20,143 nt of DNA from Thermoproteota archaeon (GCA_029258835.1 JAPDJY010000064.1:1-20143); one strand, 5' to 3'. Positions 8,166 through 16,615 are shown, counted from the first letter of the stretch. The notes: generated by a model not told the origin, from the letters alone. Made by a program: numbers and translations.

Positions 8166-8200
8166 ATTCGCTTTCCACTTCAAACCTCCGGGTGTCTAGT

Positions 8201-9157
8201 ATGAGTGTTAAGGGCATTGAAAGGGTTGCCTGTGTCGGTGCTGGAACGATCGGCCACTCCTGGGCTCTACGATTCGCCATGCACGGTTTAAAAGTGAACC
8301 TTTACGATGTAAGCGAGGAAGCGTTAAAGGGGGCGCTTCAGAGGGTAAGGGATGGGCTTCAAACCATGGTTGAAGCAGGCGTTATAGGCGGAGAGGATGT
8401 GGGGGAGGTCGTAGGGAGGATTAAGACGCACACTGACTTGGCAGACGCCGTTAAGGGGTCAGATTACGTTCAGGAGTCGGCTCCAGAAGACCTAAACCTT
8501 AAAAGGGGGTTATTCAGGGAGATCAGCCGTCACTGCCCTCCACATGCTATACTGGCGAGTAGCTCCTCAACAATCCCGATCAGTAGGATTGCGAAGGGGC
8601 TAAATGACTCCAGCAGGTGCATAATCGTTCATCCGATAAACCCTCCCCACATAATACCCCTCGTCGAGCTTGTCCCGGGGCCGGAGACTGCAGGGGACGT
8701 GGTTGAAGCGGTCCGCGAGCTCTGTTTGAAAGTTGACATGGTGCCCATCGTCGTGAGGAAGGAGGTTCCAGGGCATGTTATCAACAGGCTACGATTCGCC
8801 CTGTTGCGTGAAGCAATAGACCTAGCACTTAAGGAGGTTGCATCTGTCGAAGACATAGAGAAGGCTATCAGTCATGGTTTGGGGGTTAGGTGGGCTCTAA
8901 TGGGTGAGTTCCTGATTTCCCACCTTATGGGTTCGGGAGGGGCTGGTGCAGCCCTGGCAAGCTACAAGGAAGCGCTCGAATACGTTTTCAGGGACTTGGC
9001 AAGCTGGAAGGAACTCCCGAAGGAGGCGTTCACGCCGAGGGCGTTAACTCTTCTAGCTGAGGGGTTAAAGGCGGAAATCGGAGGTAGAGGGTACGACGAG
9101 CTGGTAAGGTGGAGGGACAGGAGGCTTCTGGAAATCTTACGGGTTAAACGCACGTAG
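8201..9157 (+). CDS. 3-hydroxyacyl-CoA dehydrogenase family NAD-binding protein (lambda-crystallin/L-carnitine dehydrogenase-like)
   Basis: GAGTIG Rossmann motif, QESAPE, SSSS, HPINPP...LVE, GHVINR, GLGVRW and C-terminal RWRDRRL. Start ATG 8201 or GTG 8192. Confidence 0.9.
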   Translation: MSVKGIERVACVGAGTIGHSWALRFAMHGLKVNLYDVSEEALKGALQRVRDGLQTMVEAGVIGGEDVGEVVGRIKTHTDLADAVKGSDYVQESAPEDLNLKRGLFREISRHCPPHAILASSSSTIPISRIAKGLNDSSRCIIVHPINPPHIIPLVELVPGPETAGDVVEAVRELCLKVDMVPIVVRKEVPGHVINRLRFALLREAIDLALKEVASVEDIEKAISHGLGVRWALMGEFLISHLMGSGGAGAALASYKEALEYVFRDLASWKELPKEAFTPRALTLLAEGLKAEIGGRGYDELVRWRDRRLLEILRVKRT

Positions 9158-9285
9158 CAGCTATCCGTCACGTATCCCTTTCCCAAACTTAATCAAAAAT
9201 CAAAATTCTTTTTATCAACTTGCAACTCGTAGAAACGCTGAAGTCTGCTGGAACCTTAACCCGGATGATTTTCTGAGGTGGGAGA

Positions 9286-10329
9286 GTGGTTGAATGTGAG
9301 GTTTACGATAAGGTTATGAGCATGCGGGAGGCTGTTAAAAAGTTTATAAGAGATGGCTTAGAGGTCGCCTCAGGAAACTTCCTGCACGGCGTACCGTACG
9401 CTGCCATCCACGAGGTTATAAGGCAGAGGAGGAGGAACCTGACCTTCTGGGTTCAGTCAGCCATCGATGAGGTCGACCTCCTCCTAGCTGGCGGATGTGT
9501 AAGCAGGGTTGTGACAAGCTACAGCCACAAGGCTTACGGGATGCAGACGGAGCTTGACAGAGCGCTAATGGAGGGGAGGGTGGAGGTTGAAGACTACACT
9601 AACTTCACTTTTCTGGCAAGGTTTAAGGCTGGAGCGATGGGCTACCTCTTCATGCCAGTTCTTTCAGGGATAAAGGTGACCGACATTTACAAGGTCAGGA
9701 CGTTCATGAAGAAGGATAAGTTCGGTGAGGTCGAGTGTCCGTTCACCGGGCGGAGGGTTCTGGTTGTCCCGCCTGCTAAGCCCGACGTGGCATTCGTCCA
9801 CGTGCAGAGGGTGGACAAGTACGGTAACGCTCAGCTCTGGGGCTCAGCTGCAGGAGCCAAGTGGATCTGCTTTGCAGCGGAGAAAGTCATAGTTTCAGCT
9901 GAGGAGATAGTTGACGTGGAGACCGTTAGGAGGAGCCCAAACTACACGGTTATACCCGGATTCAAGGTTGACGCTGTCGTTGAGGAGCCGTGGGGGGCCC
10001 ACCCGAACACTGTCTTGGGATACTATGGGGAAGACGACATGTTTAGAAGCATATTCTATGTTTCAAATACGAACCCCGAGTCGCTAAGGGCCTTCATGGA
10101 CGAGTGGGTCTACGGGGTGGAGGATAGAGGGGAGTACATTGAACACTACGTTGAAAGGTTTGGTTTCGAAGCCCTGCAGAAGCTAAGGGCGAAGACGCGC
10201 ATGAGCGAAAGCGTGAATTTCGGAGCTCCATGGGAGGGGGGCTGGCAGAACGGCTACAACGAGTACTTGGACGTTAACTGGGACGAGTTTGAGAGCGTCT
10301 TAAAGGAGTCGGGGGGCGTTGTGAGGTGA
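9286..10329 (+). CDS. Family I CoA-transferase alpha subunit (glutaconate CoA-transferase A-like)
   Basis: KVMSMREAV, RFKAGAMG..FMP, CPFTG, PDVAFVHVQRVDKYGNA, VDAVVEEPWGAHP. GAGGTGG SD. Confidence 0.88.
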   Translation: MVECEVYDKVMSMREAVKKFIRDGLEVASGNFLHGVPYAAIHEVIRQRRRNLTFWVQSAIDEVDLLLAGGCVSRVVTSYSHKAYGMQTELDRALMEGRVEVEDYTNFTFLARFKAGAMGYLFMPVLSGIKVTDIYKVRTFMKKDKFGEVECPFTGRRVLVVPPAKPDVAFVHVQRVDKYGNAQLWGSAAGAKWICFAAEKVIVSAEEIVDVETVRRSPNYTVIPGFKVDAVVEEPWGAHPNTVLGYYGEDDMFRSIFYVSNTNPESLRAFMDEWVYGVEDRGEYIEHYVERFGFEALQKLRAKTRMSESVNFGAPWEGGWQNGYNEYLDVNWDEFESVLKESGGVVR

Positions 10330-11150
10330 GCATCTACACTTACCATGAGATGATGATAACATGCGTCGCAAGGGAGATCAAGGATGGAGAGGTCGTGGTG
10401 ATGGGGCAGGGGCTGCCGATGATCGCCTGCCTGATAGCTAAGCTAACCCACGCTCCAAACTGCGTGCTTCTGACGGAAGCCGGAATGGTGGATATAGTTC
10501 CAATCAAGGGGCTCTACACAGTTGGAGACCCGACAGCCGTTGAAGGGTTTAGCTTCTTCTGCGACCTGTTCGACGTCAACACCATACTGCTGAACAGGGG
10601 ACTCGTAGACGTCGCATTCTTAGGGGCGGCGCAGGTGGACAAGTACGGAAACGTTAACTCGACGGTGATAGGGGATTACTTCAACCCTAGAATGAGGATA
10701 ACCGGGTGTGGCGGGGCGCCAGAGTTTGCAGGGTACGCTAAGAGGACTGTCATAACGGTTGTAGGCGGAAGGTTCGTCGAAAAACTTGACTACTTCAGTA
10801 CGCCAGGGTACCTTGACGGGGGCGAGTCAAGGTACGAGGCCGGCTTCCCCCCAGGGTCTGGTCCTTCAGCCGTAATAACGCTTAAAGGAGTTTTCAGGTT
10901 TGACGAGGAGAGCAAGGAAATGTACCTTGACTGCGTCTACCCGGGGGTAAGCCTCGACGACGTCAGAAGGGAAATACCCTGGGATCTTAAGGTGTCGGAG
11001 AACCTGAGGGTGGCTGATCCCCCTCTAAAGGAGTACTTGGAGGCGATAAGGAGGCTTGCACCGGAGTATTGCCTTCCTAGCAAGTCTAGGCTGGAGAGGA
11101 GGTCTCGGTCCATCATGAAGCAGCTCTTGAAGAGGGTTAAAGAGAGGTAG
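10326..11150 (+). CDS. Family I CoA-transferase beta subunit (GctB-like)
   Basis: VVMGQGLP, LLTEAG (putative catalytic Glu), FLGAAQVDKYGNVNSTVIG, GCGGA. GTGA overlap with the alpha subunit. Confidence 0.9.
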   Translation: MSIYTYHEMMITCVAREIKDGEVVVMGQGLPMIACLIAKLTHAPNCVLLTEAGMVDIVPIKGLYTVGDPTAVEGFSFFCDLFDVNTILLNRGLVDVAFLGAAQVDKYGNVNSTVIGDYFNPRMRITGCGGAPEFAGYAKRTVITVVGGRFVEKLDYFSTPGYLDGGESRYEAGFPPGSGPSAVITLKGVFRFDEESKEMYLDCVYPGVSLDDVRREIPWDLKVSENLRVADPPLKEYLEAIRRLAPEYCLPSKSRLERRSRSIMKQLLKRVKER

Positions 11151-11161
11151 GAGGGGAGTAA

Positions 11162-11479
11162 ATGCCTGTTTGGAGGAAGCGGAAGGCTGTGAAGGCTGGT
11201 GAGGGGGTTTGGAGGAGAACTCTGGCTACCGGGGAGAAGATGATGATCGTCGAGTTCAGCTTTGAAGCTGGAGCCAAGATCCCCACCCACAGCCACCCTC
11301 ACGAGCAGGTTGGATACGTGGTTGAGGGGGAAATAAAACTGGTGGTCGACGGGAAGGAGTACACGTTAGAGGAAGGGGACAGCTACCTTATCCCCCCGAA
11401 CACCGAGCACTCCGCAACAACACCTGTTAGGGCGAAAGTTGTGGACGTCTTTTCTCCCCCCAGAGAAGATTACCTTTAA
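11162..11479 (+). CDS. Cupin domain protein
   Basis: PTHSHPHEQVGYVVEG and IPPNTEHS metal-binding cupin motifs; GGAGGGG SD. Confidence 0.9.
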   Translation: MPVWRKRKAVKAGEGVWRRTLATGEKMMIVEFSFEAGAKIPTHSHPHEQVGYVVEGEIKLVVDGKEYTLEEGDSYLIPPNTEHSATTPVRAKVVDVFSPPREDYL

Positions 11480-11879
11480 AGTTAAAGGTTAAAGGTTTAT
11501 TAGCTCCTCAAAAGTTGCCCTGTGTTCACAGCGGGTTACTTGTGGGGAAAAAGGAGAGGGTAGGGTTCGTGTTGACATCTCTAGTAGGATTTTTTCTTTA
11601 TTACACTATGTGAACGCTGTTGGGGTTTCGGGGCTCCGAAATGTGTGGGAGCGGCGGTGGAGGGCTATTAGCTCTTCCTTGTGAAGCTGTTTCCCGGTGG
11701 TTGGGTGAAATTTGAACGATCTTGAACGATCTTACCCCTTTACGGTAGGTTATGACCAGCTTGTTTTAGGTCAAAGGAAGTATAAGGTTTAGTTGTGATG
11801 GCGGCAAGTTATGGTCTTCCGGAGGATTCTTCGAGGATTTCTGAAGGGTTTTCGGAAACCTCTTGGAGCCTGCCGCCTC

Positions 11880-12671
11880 CTAAAGGCGTTTTTCTTCGCC
11901 TCTGCGTCGTCCGCCGGCTGCCAGTAGTCCCCCGTCCACGACCAGGGTTATACCCGTCACGTAGGACGCCTCGTCGGATGCAAGGTACAAGGCGGCGTAG
12001 GCGGTATCCCAAGCTGTCCCTATTTTCCCGAGGGGGATCACTTGGCTTAGAAAGGTGCGTCTCTCTTCCGTCATTATAGGGGCAACCATGGGTGTGTCGA
12101 GGAATCCGGGTGCGATGCAATTGACTCTTATCCCATACCTCGCCAGGTCAACGGCCATGCACCTTGTCATGTTTATGATTGCAGCTTTGGTTGTGCCGTA
12201 GCTTAGGCTGGGGTGAGCTACGAAGCCGGCTGCGGATGAAATGTTTATTACGACTCCGCCGCCACCTTTGATCATTACGGGCACGGCGTGCCTTGACACG
12301 AGGAAAATGCTTTTCAGGTTGGTGGCGACCACCCTGTCCCATTCCTCCTCGCTTGTTTCGAGGATCCCCAAGCCGCTGGCTATGCCGACGACGTTGACGA
12401 GTATGTCAAGTTTTCCATACCTATCCACGGTGAAGTCCACCATGCGTTTCGCGTCCTCGCTTCTCGTGGCGTCTCCTTGAACCGCGGCAGCCTCCCCTCC
12501 TGCTTCACGTATCATTCTTACGGTTTCCTCGGCTGAAGGAAGGTTTATGTCGGCGCACACGACCCTAGCTCCCTCCCGGGCGAAGAGAGAAGAGACAGCT
12601 CTTCCATTCCCCACGCCTGGCCCGCTGGAGCCGGCACCGACAACCAGCGCCACCTTACCCTCTAGCCTCAA
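11880..12671 (-). CDS. SDR family NAD(P)-dependent oxidoreductase
   Basis: VVGAGSSGPGVGNG, NISS, YGTTK (YxxxK), RVNCIAPG, TGITLVVDGG. Start TTG 12671 after GGGAGGGAG (ORF track 12707). Confidence 0.92.
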   Translation of the reverse strand: MRLEGKVALVVGAGSSGPGVGNGRAVSSLFAREGARVVCADINLPSAEETVRMIREAGGEAAAVQGDATRSEDAKRMVDFTVDRYGKLDILVNVVGIASGLGILETSEEEWDRVVATNLKSIFLVSRHAVPVMIKGGGGVVINISSAAGFVAHPSLSYGTTKAAIINMTRCMAVDLARYGIRVNCIAPGFLDTPMVAPIMTEERRTFLSQVIPLGKIGTAWDTAYAALYLASDEASYVTGITLVVDGGLLAAGGRRRGEEKRL

Positions 12672-13008
12672 GGCACTCTCCCTCCCAAGGTAATACTTTG
12701 AAAACACTTCTTGAAAAACCTATTTGGGGCGCCGTCCATCCTGCGAAGGGCTAGTTGGAGAGGGGGCGGGTAGTCCAGGGACAGCGGCCTAGCCGCACAG
12801 GGCCAGCGCCTTCTTTGGAGCAGGGTGAGGCATCCTCCTGGGGACACGGCAGAGGAGTAGTAGACCTTGAAGAAGGTGAGGGAGGGAGGCAAGTTTCTAG
12901 AGTGGCTAAATTATGGGGTTCTTGGAGCCTAACTGCCCTTTTGTTTCCATCTAGGGTGTGGATATCCTTTAATAGGCGTGTTTCCGCCTTTCCCTTAGGT
13001 GAGGTGAC

Positions 13009-13977
13009 TTGACGGATGAGTACATTGTTAAGCTTATCTCCCCTGACGAGGAAGAAGTGATCTTGGAGAAGCTTGAGAGGGGAAGGAGGCTTAAATACAA
13101 GAGGAAGGCGAAGATTTATGGGGCGGTGTTGAAGCTCGTCACCGACGTGAGGGAGGCCATTGACATTTTCGAAAGAAACTTCTTCATGAGCGACGAGGAC
13201 ATACGGAGCCACGGCAGGGTCTTTTACTTCTTCGACCCGGACTTCCCTAAAAACACAATCCTCTACCAGCCTCAGGGGAGAACGTGCTTCATGTTTAACG
13301 TGGATTACTATGGGAAGCTGAAAAGCATAGCCTTAAGCGTGGTCGGAGACATACTTGAAGACGTCCACGACGTTTACAGCGTCCACGGCGCAGCCCTAAA
13401 CATGAGCAAGTGGGGTAAGGGCGTCGGGATCATAGCGCCCAGCGGCACGGGGAAAACCACCCACACCTTCGGATTGATGAAGGTTGAGGGGGCTAGGCTT
13501 GTAAGCGACGACTGGTTCTTCGTCAGGTTCTACGGTGAGGGTGACGTAATAGCGTACGCAAGCGAGAAGGAGATCTACGTGAGAAGCGACATAGTGGAGA
13601 TTTTCCCGGAGTTCAAGGAGCTCATAGCAGAGGAGAAGCTTGACGCCTACGGCAGAGCCGTAGTGAACCTAAGATGGTTCATGGGGGAGCACAGGTTCTA
13701 CCCGTTAACCAGCCTAGACGTTATAATCCTTCTAAAGAGGGACGGCGACGACCCCGAGGTGGTTAGGGAGCTAACCCCGGAGGAAGGACTGAAGTACATG
13801 GTGGACCACGACTACGTGAACCCCCACCTCCTCCAGAAGGATGAAAGAAAAACGAGGATCAGAAACAGGTTTTTCCTCGAGCTCTTCCACAGAGTGAAAA
13901 CCTACATGGTTAATACTACTTCTCCCCCTCAGGAGACGCAGAGGATAATACGTGAAGTCGTAAAGGGAAACTATTAG
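13009..13977 (+). CDS. HPr kinase/PEP carboxykinase-like P-loop NTPase
   Basis: VHGAAL, Walker A APSGTGKTT, LVSDDW: the His, P-loop and DD signature of the HprK/PEPCK superfamily. GGTGAGGTGA SD before TTG. Confidence 0.8.
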   Translation: MTDEYIVKLISPDEEEVILEKLERGRRLKYKRKAKIYGAVLKLVTDVREAIDIFERNFFMSDEDIRSHGRVFYFFDPDFPKNTILYQPQGRTCFMFNVDYYGKLKSIALSVVGDILEDVHDVYSVHGAALNMSKWGKGVGIIAPSGTGKTTHTFGLMKVEGARLVSDDWFFVRFYGEGDVIAYASEKEIYVRSDIVEIFPEFKELIAEEKLDAYGRAVVNLRWFMGEHRFYPLTSLDVIILLKRDGDDPEVVRELTPEEGLKYMVDHDYVNPHLLQKDERKTRIRNRFFLELFHRVKTYMVNTTSPPQETQRIIREVVKGNY

Positions 13978-13996
13978 GAACAAGTGAGGCCGGCGC

Positions 13997-14377
13997 TTAC
14001 ATGCTCCTCAAAATATCCATTATTTTATCTCTGGCTCTACCCATCTCCACCAGTGTTAAGCCGATGTTAGCTCCAGGCCTAGTTATCGCCGACAGGACAG
14101 CCTCCTTTCCGATGCCCACGATCGTTATGTCACCTTTATCCCCGCTAACTATGATCTTCTCTAGCTCCCCCTTCGCAAGCTCCTCTAGGGCCCTAGCTCC
14201 TATGTTCAGGATTGCAGCGCTCATGGCGGCGATCAACCCCTCATCAGCGCTTTTCGGAAGAGCTGAAGCCATCACAAGCCCGTCCGTCCTCACTATGGCC
14301 GAGGCTTCTATGTCAGGGTCTGAGCTCTCCATAGCCTTGAGCACCTTCTCGAGTTCCTCACGCCACTTCTTAGCCAA
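13997..14377 (-). CDS. Roadblock/LC7 (MglB-like) domain protein
   Basis: IEASAIVRTDGLVMASALP...IAAMSAAIL..G.RA..EL..GELEKIIVSGDKG...NIGL. Start TTG 14377 after GAGGTG (ORF track 14386). Confidence 0.92.
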   Translation of the reverse strand: MAKKWREELEKVLKAMESSDPDIEASAIVRTDGLVMASALPKSADEGLIAAMSAAILNIGARALEELAKGELEKIIVSGDKGDITIVGIGKEAVLSAITRPGANIGLTLVEMGRARDKIMDILRSM

Positions 14378-14489
14378 CCAACCCACCTCTCAAACACCTT
14401 TAACAACCTAAGTGGGGAGAGGCATATATGAACCTTTCTGTTATAAAGTTAATCCAACGTAGATCAAGGGAATATTCGAACAAATAACA

Positions 14490-14513
14490 CTTTTAAGGAG
14501 ATCTTCTTAAAAG
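14490..14513. promoter_or_regulatory. 24-bp near-perfect palindrome upstream of the Roadblock gene
   Basis: CTTTTAAG-GAGATCTT-CTTAAAAG with one mismatched pair. It lies about 45 bp upstream of a minus-strand TTTATAA box (14447-14441). Confidence 0.5.
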
Positions 14514-14587
14514 AAAACCGGAAGATGCTGAATGCCAAGCGGTTATTGGACTCGTCCGTTAGGCTCGCTGCTGATGAGGCGTGGCGT

Positions 14588-15232
14588 TTAGAGGCTCAGC
14601 ACCCAGATCTCCGTCTCCGCCGGGAGGCTTTCAGCGTTCACCTCGAACTCTGGGCCGCCTATCTGCTTAACGTTGCTCTTACCCTTGAGGAATGCGTCGA
14701 CTCCGTTCACGTCAACCGTTAACCCTGGAACCTTGTAGTGCATTGGGACGACTATCCTCGGCTTTATCAGGTTAACGGTCTCGGTGGCCTCCTTCGCGTT
14801 TATGGTGTACACTCCCCCCACGGGGATGAAGAGCACGTGGACTTCGCCGATCTCCTCAACCTGCTCGCTTGAAGGGACATGCCCTAGGTCTCCTAGATGG
14901 CAGAACTTAACCTCGTCAACCTCGAACACGTAGATGCTGTTTTCACCCCTCAGAGCACCCTTCTTAGGGTCATGGTAGGATGCAATGCCTTTAATGCGGA
15001 CTTCCTTAACCGTTTTCTCTCCTGTGAAGCCTACCAGCTTCTCGGCTCCGGGGGCAGCCACATCGTCTATCCCGGTTGCATGGTCGAAGTGTCCATGGGA
15101 TGCTAGAACGATGTCCCCCTTAACATCAGGCTCGGGTAGGCCAACGGAGCCGCCGTGGGGGTCAAGGACAACCGTAACCTTGCTGCCCTTAACCTCGAAA
15201 CACGCATGACCCCACCATCTAACCTTAACCAT
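14588..15232 (-). CDS. Metallo-beta-lactamase fold hydrolase (UPF0173/UlaG-like)
   Basis: WWGHACF, LDPH, SHGHFDH, YHD, HLGDLGH, PVGG, PMHY motifs. Confidence 0.9.
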   Translation of the reverse strand: MVKVRWWGHACFEVKGSKVTVVLDPHGGSVGLPEPDVKGDIVLASHGHFDHATGIDDVAAPGAEKLVGFTGEKTVKEVRIKGIASYHDPKKGALRGENSIYVFEVDEVKFCHLGDLGHVPSSEQVEEIGEVHVLFIPVGGVYTINAKEATETVNLIKPRIVVPMHYKVPGLTVDVNGVDAFLKGKSNVKQIGGPEFEVNAESLPAETEIWVLSL

Positions 15233-15363
15233 CAGCCCACCTCCAACGAAACCACATTAAACTAGATGGAAGTACAATAAAAATATTAAGCATAGCCGCC
15301 TTGGAGAAGGGTGTTAAATGCCGATGACAGCCACATCAACCCATCTTCCCCTCCAGAAGCTTT

Positions 15364-16023
15364 TTAACGTATGCCCCTACATGGCGGTTTAACCGGGCAT
15401 ATGTCGCATTTAGGGTTTAGCGCCGTACAGTAGTCTCTCCCGAACCTTATTAATATGAGGTGGACTCGCCTCCTTCTTTCCTCGCTAACTATGTTCTTGA
15501 ATGCTTCGCTCACCTCGTCGTATTCTGCCCTCTCGCCAACTATCCCCCACCTTTTCGCTATCCTAGCTATGTGCGTGTCAACGGGGAAAGTCGCCTTGCC
15601 AGCGGCAAAGTTTAAAACGACGTCTGCTGTCTTGCTTCCGACTCCTGGAAGCTCGGTTAGGGCTTTCCTAGCTTCGTTCAGCGGCATCTTCAGGATGACG
15701 TCTAACCCACCATACCTTTCAAGGATGATCCTGGAGAGCTCCTTTATCCTTCTAGCCTTCCCCCTGTATAGCCCTGCAGGCTTCAACGCTTCCTCAATTT
15801 CCTCAACAGGCGCGTTAGCCATGTTTTCAGGGGTGACCTTGAACTTCTCCCTTAACCTTCTGAAGGCTGCAGCCGTGTTCCTGCTGTTAGTGTTTTGGGA
15901 GATCACCGTTGATACGAGTATTTCGAAGCTTGAAAGCCCCTTCCACCACTCCTCCAAGTCGCCGTATAAGCCCTCGAGCTTGGCGACCGCCATCTCAGCC
16001 TCCTCCAGCCTCACCAGCACCAC
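15364..16023 (-). CDS. nth: Endonuclease III (HhH-GPD DNA glycosylase with [4Fe-4S] cluster)
   Basis: TVISQNT, LPGVGSKTA (HhH with catalytic Lys), VDTH, and C-X6-C-X2-C-X5-C (CTALNPKCDICPVKPPC). The true start may be GTG 16020 or 16014. Confidence 0.93.
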   Translation of the reverse strand: MVLVRLEEAEMAVAKLEGLYGDLEEWWKGLSSFEILVSTVISQNTNSRNTAAAFRRLREKFKVTPENMANAPVEEIEEALKPAGLYRGKARRIKELSRIILERYGGLDVILKMPLNEARKALTELPGVGSKTADVVLNFAAGKATFPVDTHIARIAKRWGIVGERAEYDEVSEAFKNIVSEERRRRVHLILIRFGRDYCTALNPKCDICPVKPPCRGIR

Positions 16024-16064
16024 CCCGTGGTTTCACGAGGCCCTCTGCCCTTTACTCTTCACCT

Positions 16065-16349
16065 TCACCTGACGCCCCCTTGCTTCCCCCGAGTTTTAAG
16101 CTTCCACTTAACGGTCACCTCGTCCTCCGCTCCGTACGCCTTCACGACCTCAGCCTCTCCCCCCTTACCCCTTATTAGGGATGCAAGCTTCTCAGCTCCC
16201 TTCAGCCCTTTCTCGCCGAAGCCGACGAAGGAGACTGGTATGTCCCCCTCAGCCCTCACGAGGAGGTTGAAGACTGCCTTGATGAACTCGTCGCTTGAGA
16301 CGTCCTCGACGCCTACACCCCTTCCCTCCCCTTCATCATCCTTCTCCAC
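16065..16349 (-). CDS. Small hypothetical protein (94 aa), possibly Alba/SpoVS-like fold
   Basis: GTG 16349 follows a strong GGAGGTGG SD. Coding-like composition; same strand as nth and directly upstream of it. The fold suggestion is inference. Confidence 0.7.
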   Translation of the reverse strand: MEKDDEGEGRGVGVEDVSSDEFIKAVFNLLVRAEGDIPVSFVGFGEKGLKGAEKLASLIRGKGGEAEVVKAYGAEDEVTVKWKLKTRGKQGGVR

Positions 16350-16491
16350 CGTTCCACCTCCTTCCTGAAAGGGAAAGGAGCCTTTCTCCCTAAAAATGGT
16401 TTTTCGTTTTGGATTCCGCCTCGCCTTAAACGTCCAACCAATGGTCGAGGGGGATCCAGGAAGCCAGGAGCCGCCTGTCACCAGCCTTAAC

Positions 16492-16501
16492 CTTTATAAA
16501 G
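16492..16501. promoter_or_regulatory. Palindromic TATA box between divergent operons
   Basis: CTTTATAAAG reads TTTATAAA on both strands, between the minus-strand hypothetical/nth genes and the plus-strand GT operon. Confidence 0.55.
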
Positions 16502-16615
16502 CACTTTAAAGCTCAACACTACTTAAATTTGGTGTGAGGTGGAGGATGGCAACTCTTAAAAGCTGTAACGTGATTTTTAACATGCTTTAACGTGGTGGAG
16601 CGGGGCGGTTGAAGG

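Noticed and set aside
12720-12960. GC/purine-rich spacer considered as SRP RNA, RNase P RNA or a gene (ORFs 12668-12892, 12755-13012)
   Set aside because: No SRP helix-8 or RNase P GAGGAAAGUCC motif, and the translations have no recognisable family. It may be a decayed gene, but I cannot support that.
14513-14585. CTGATGAG plus an upstream GAAA-ACCG/CGGT-TA resembling a hammerhead ribozyme core
   Set aside because: Stems I and II cannot form and the required pair closing stem II is missing.
16024-16068. 11-codon frame starting at the GTGA overlap, in frame with nth and interrupted by TGA (possible Sec/readthrough)
   Set aside because: Nth is already full length with its own SD-like site, the context is not a redox motif, and no SECIS was seen.
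16541-16590. GGAGGATGGCA start resembling a fluoride riboswitch
   Set aside because: The downstream GCURAUGAC-type pseudoknot element is absent and there is no fluoride-related gene.
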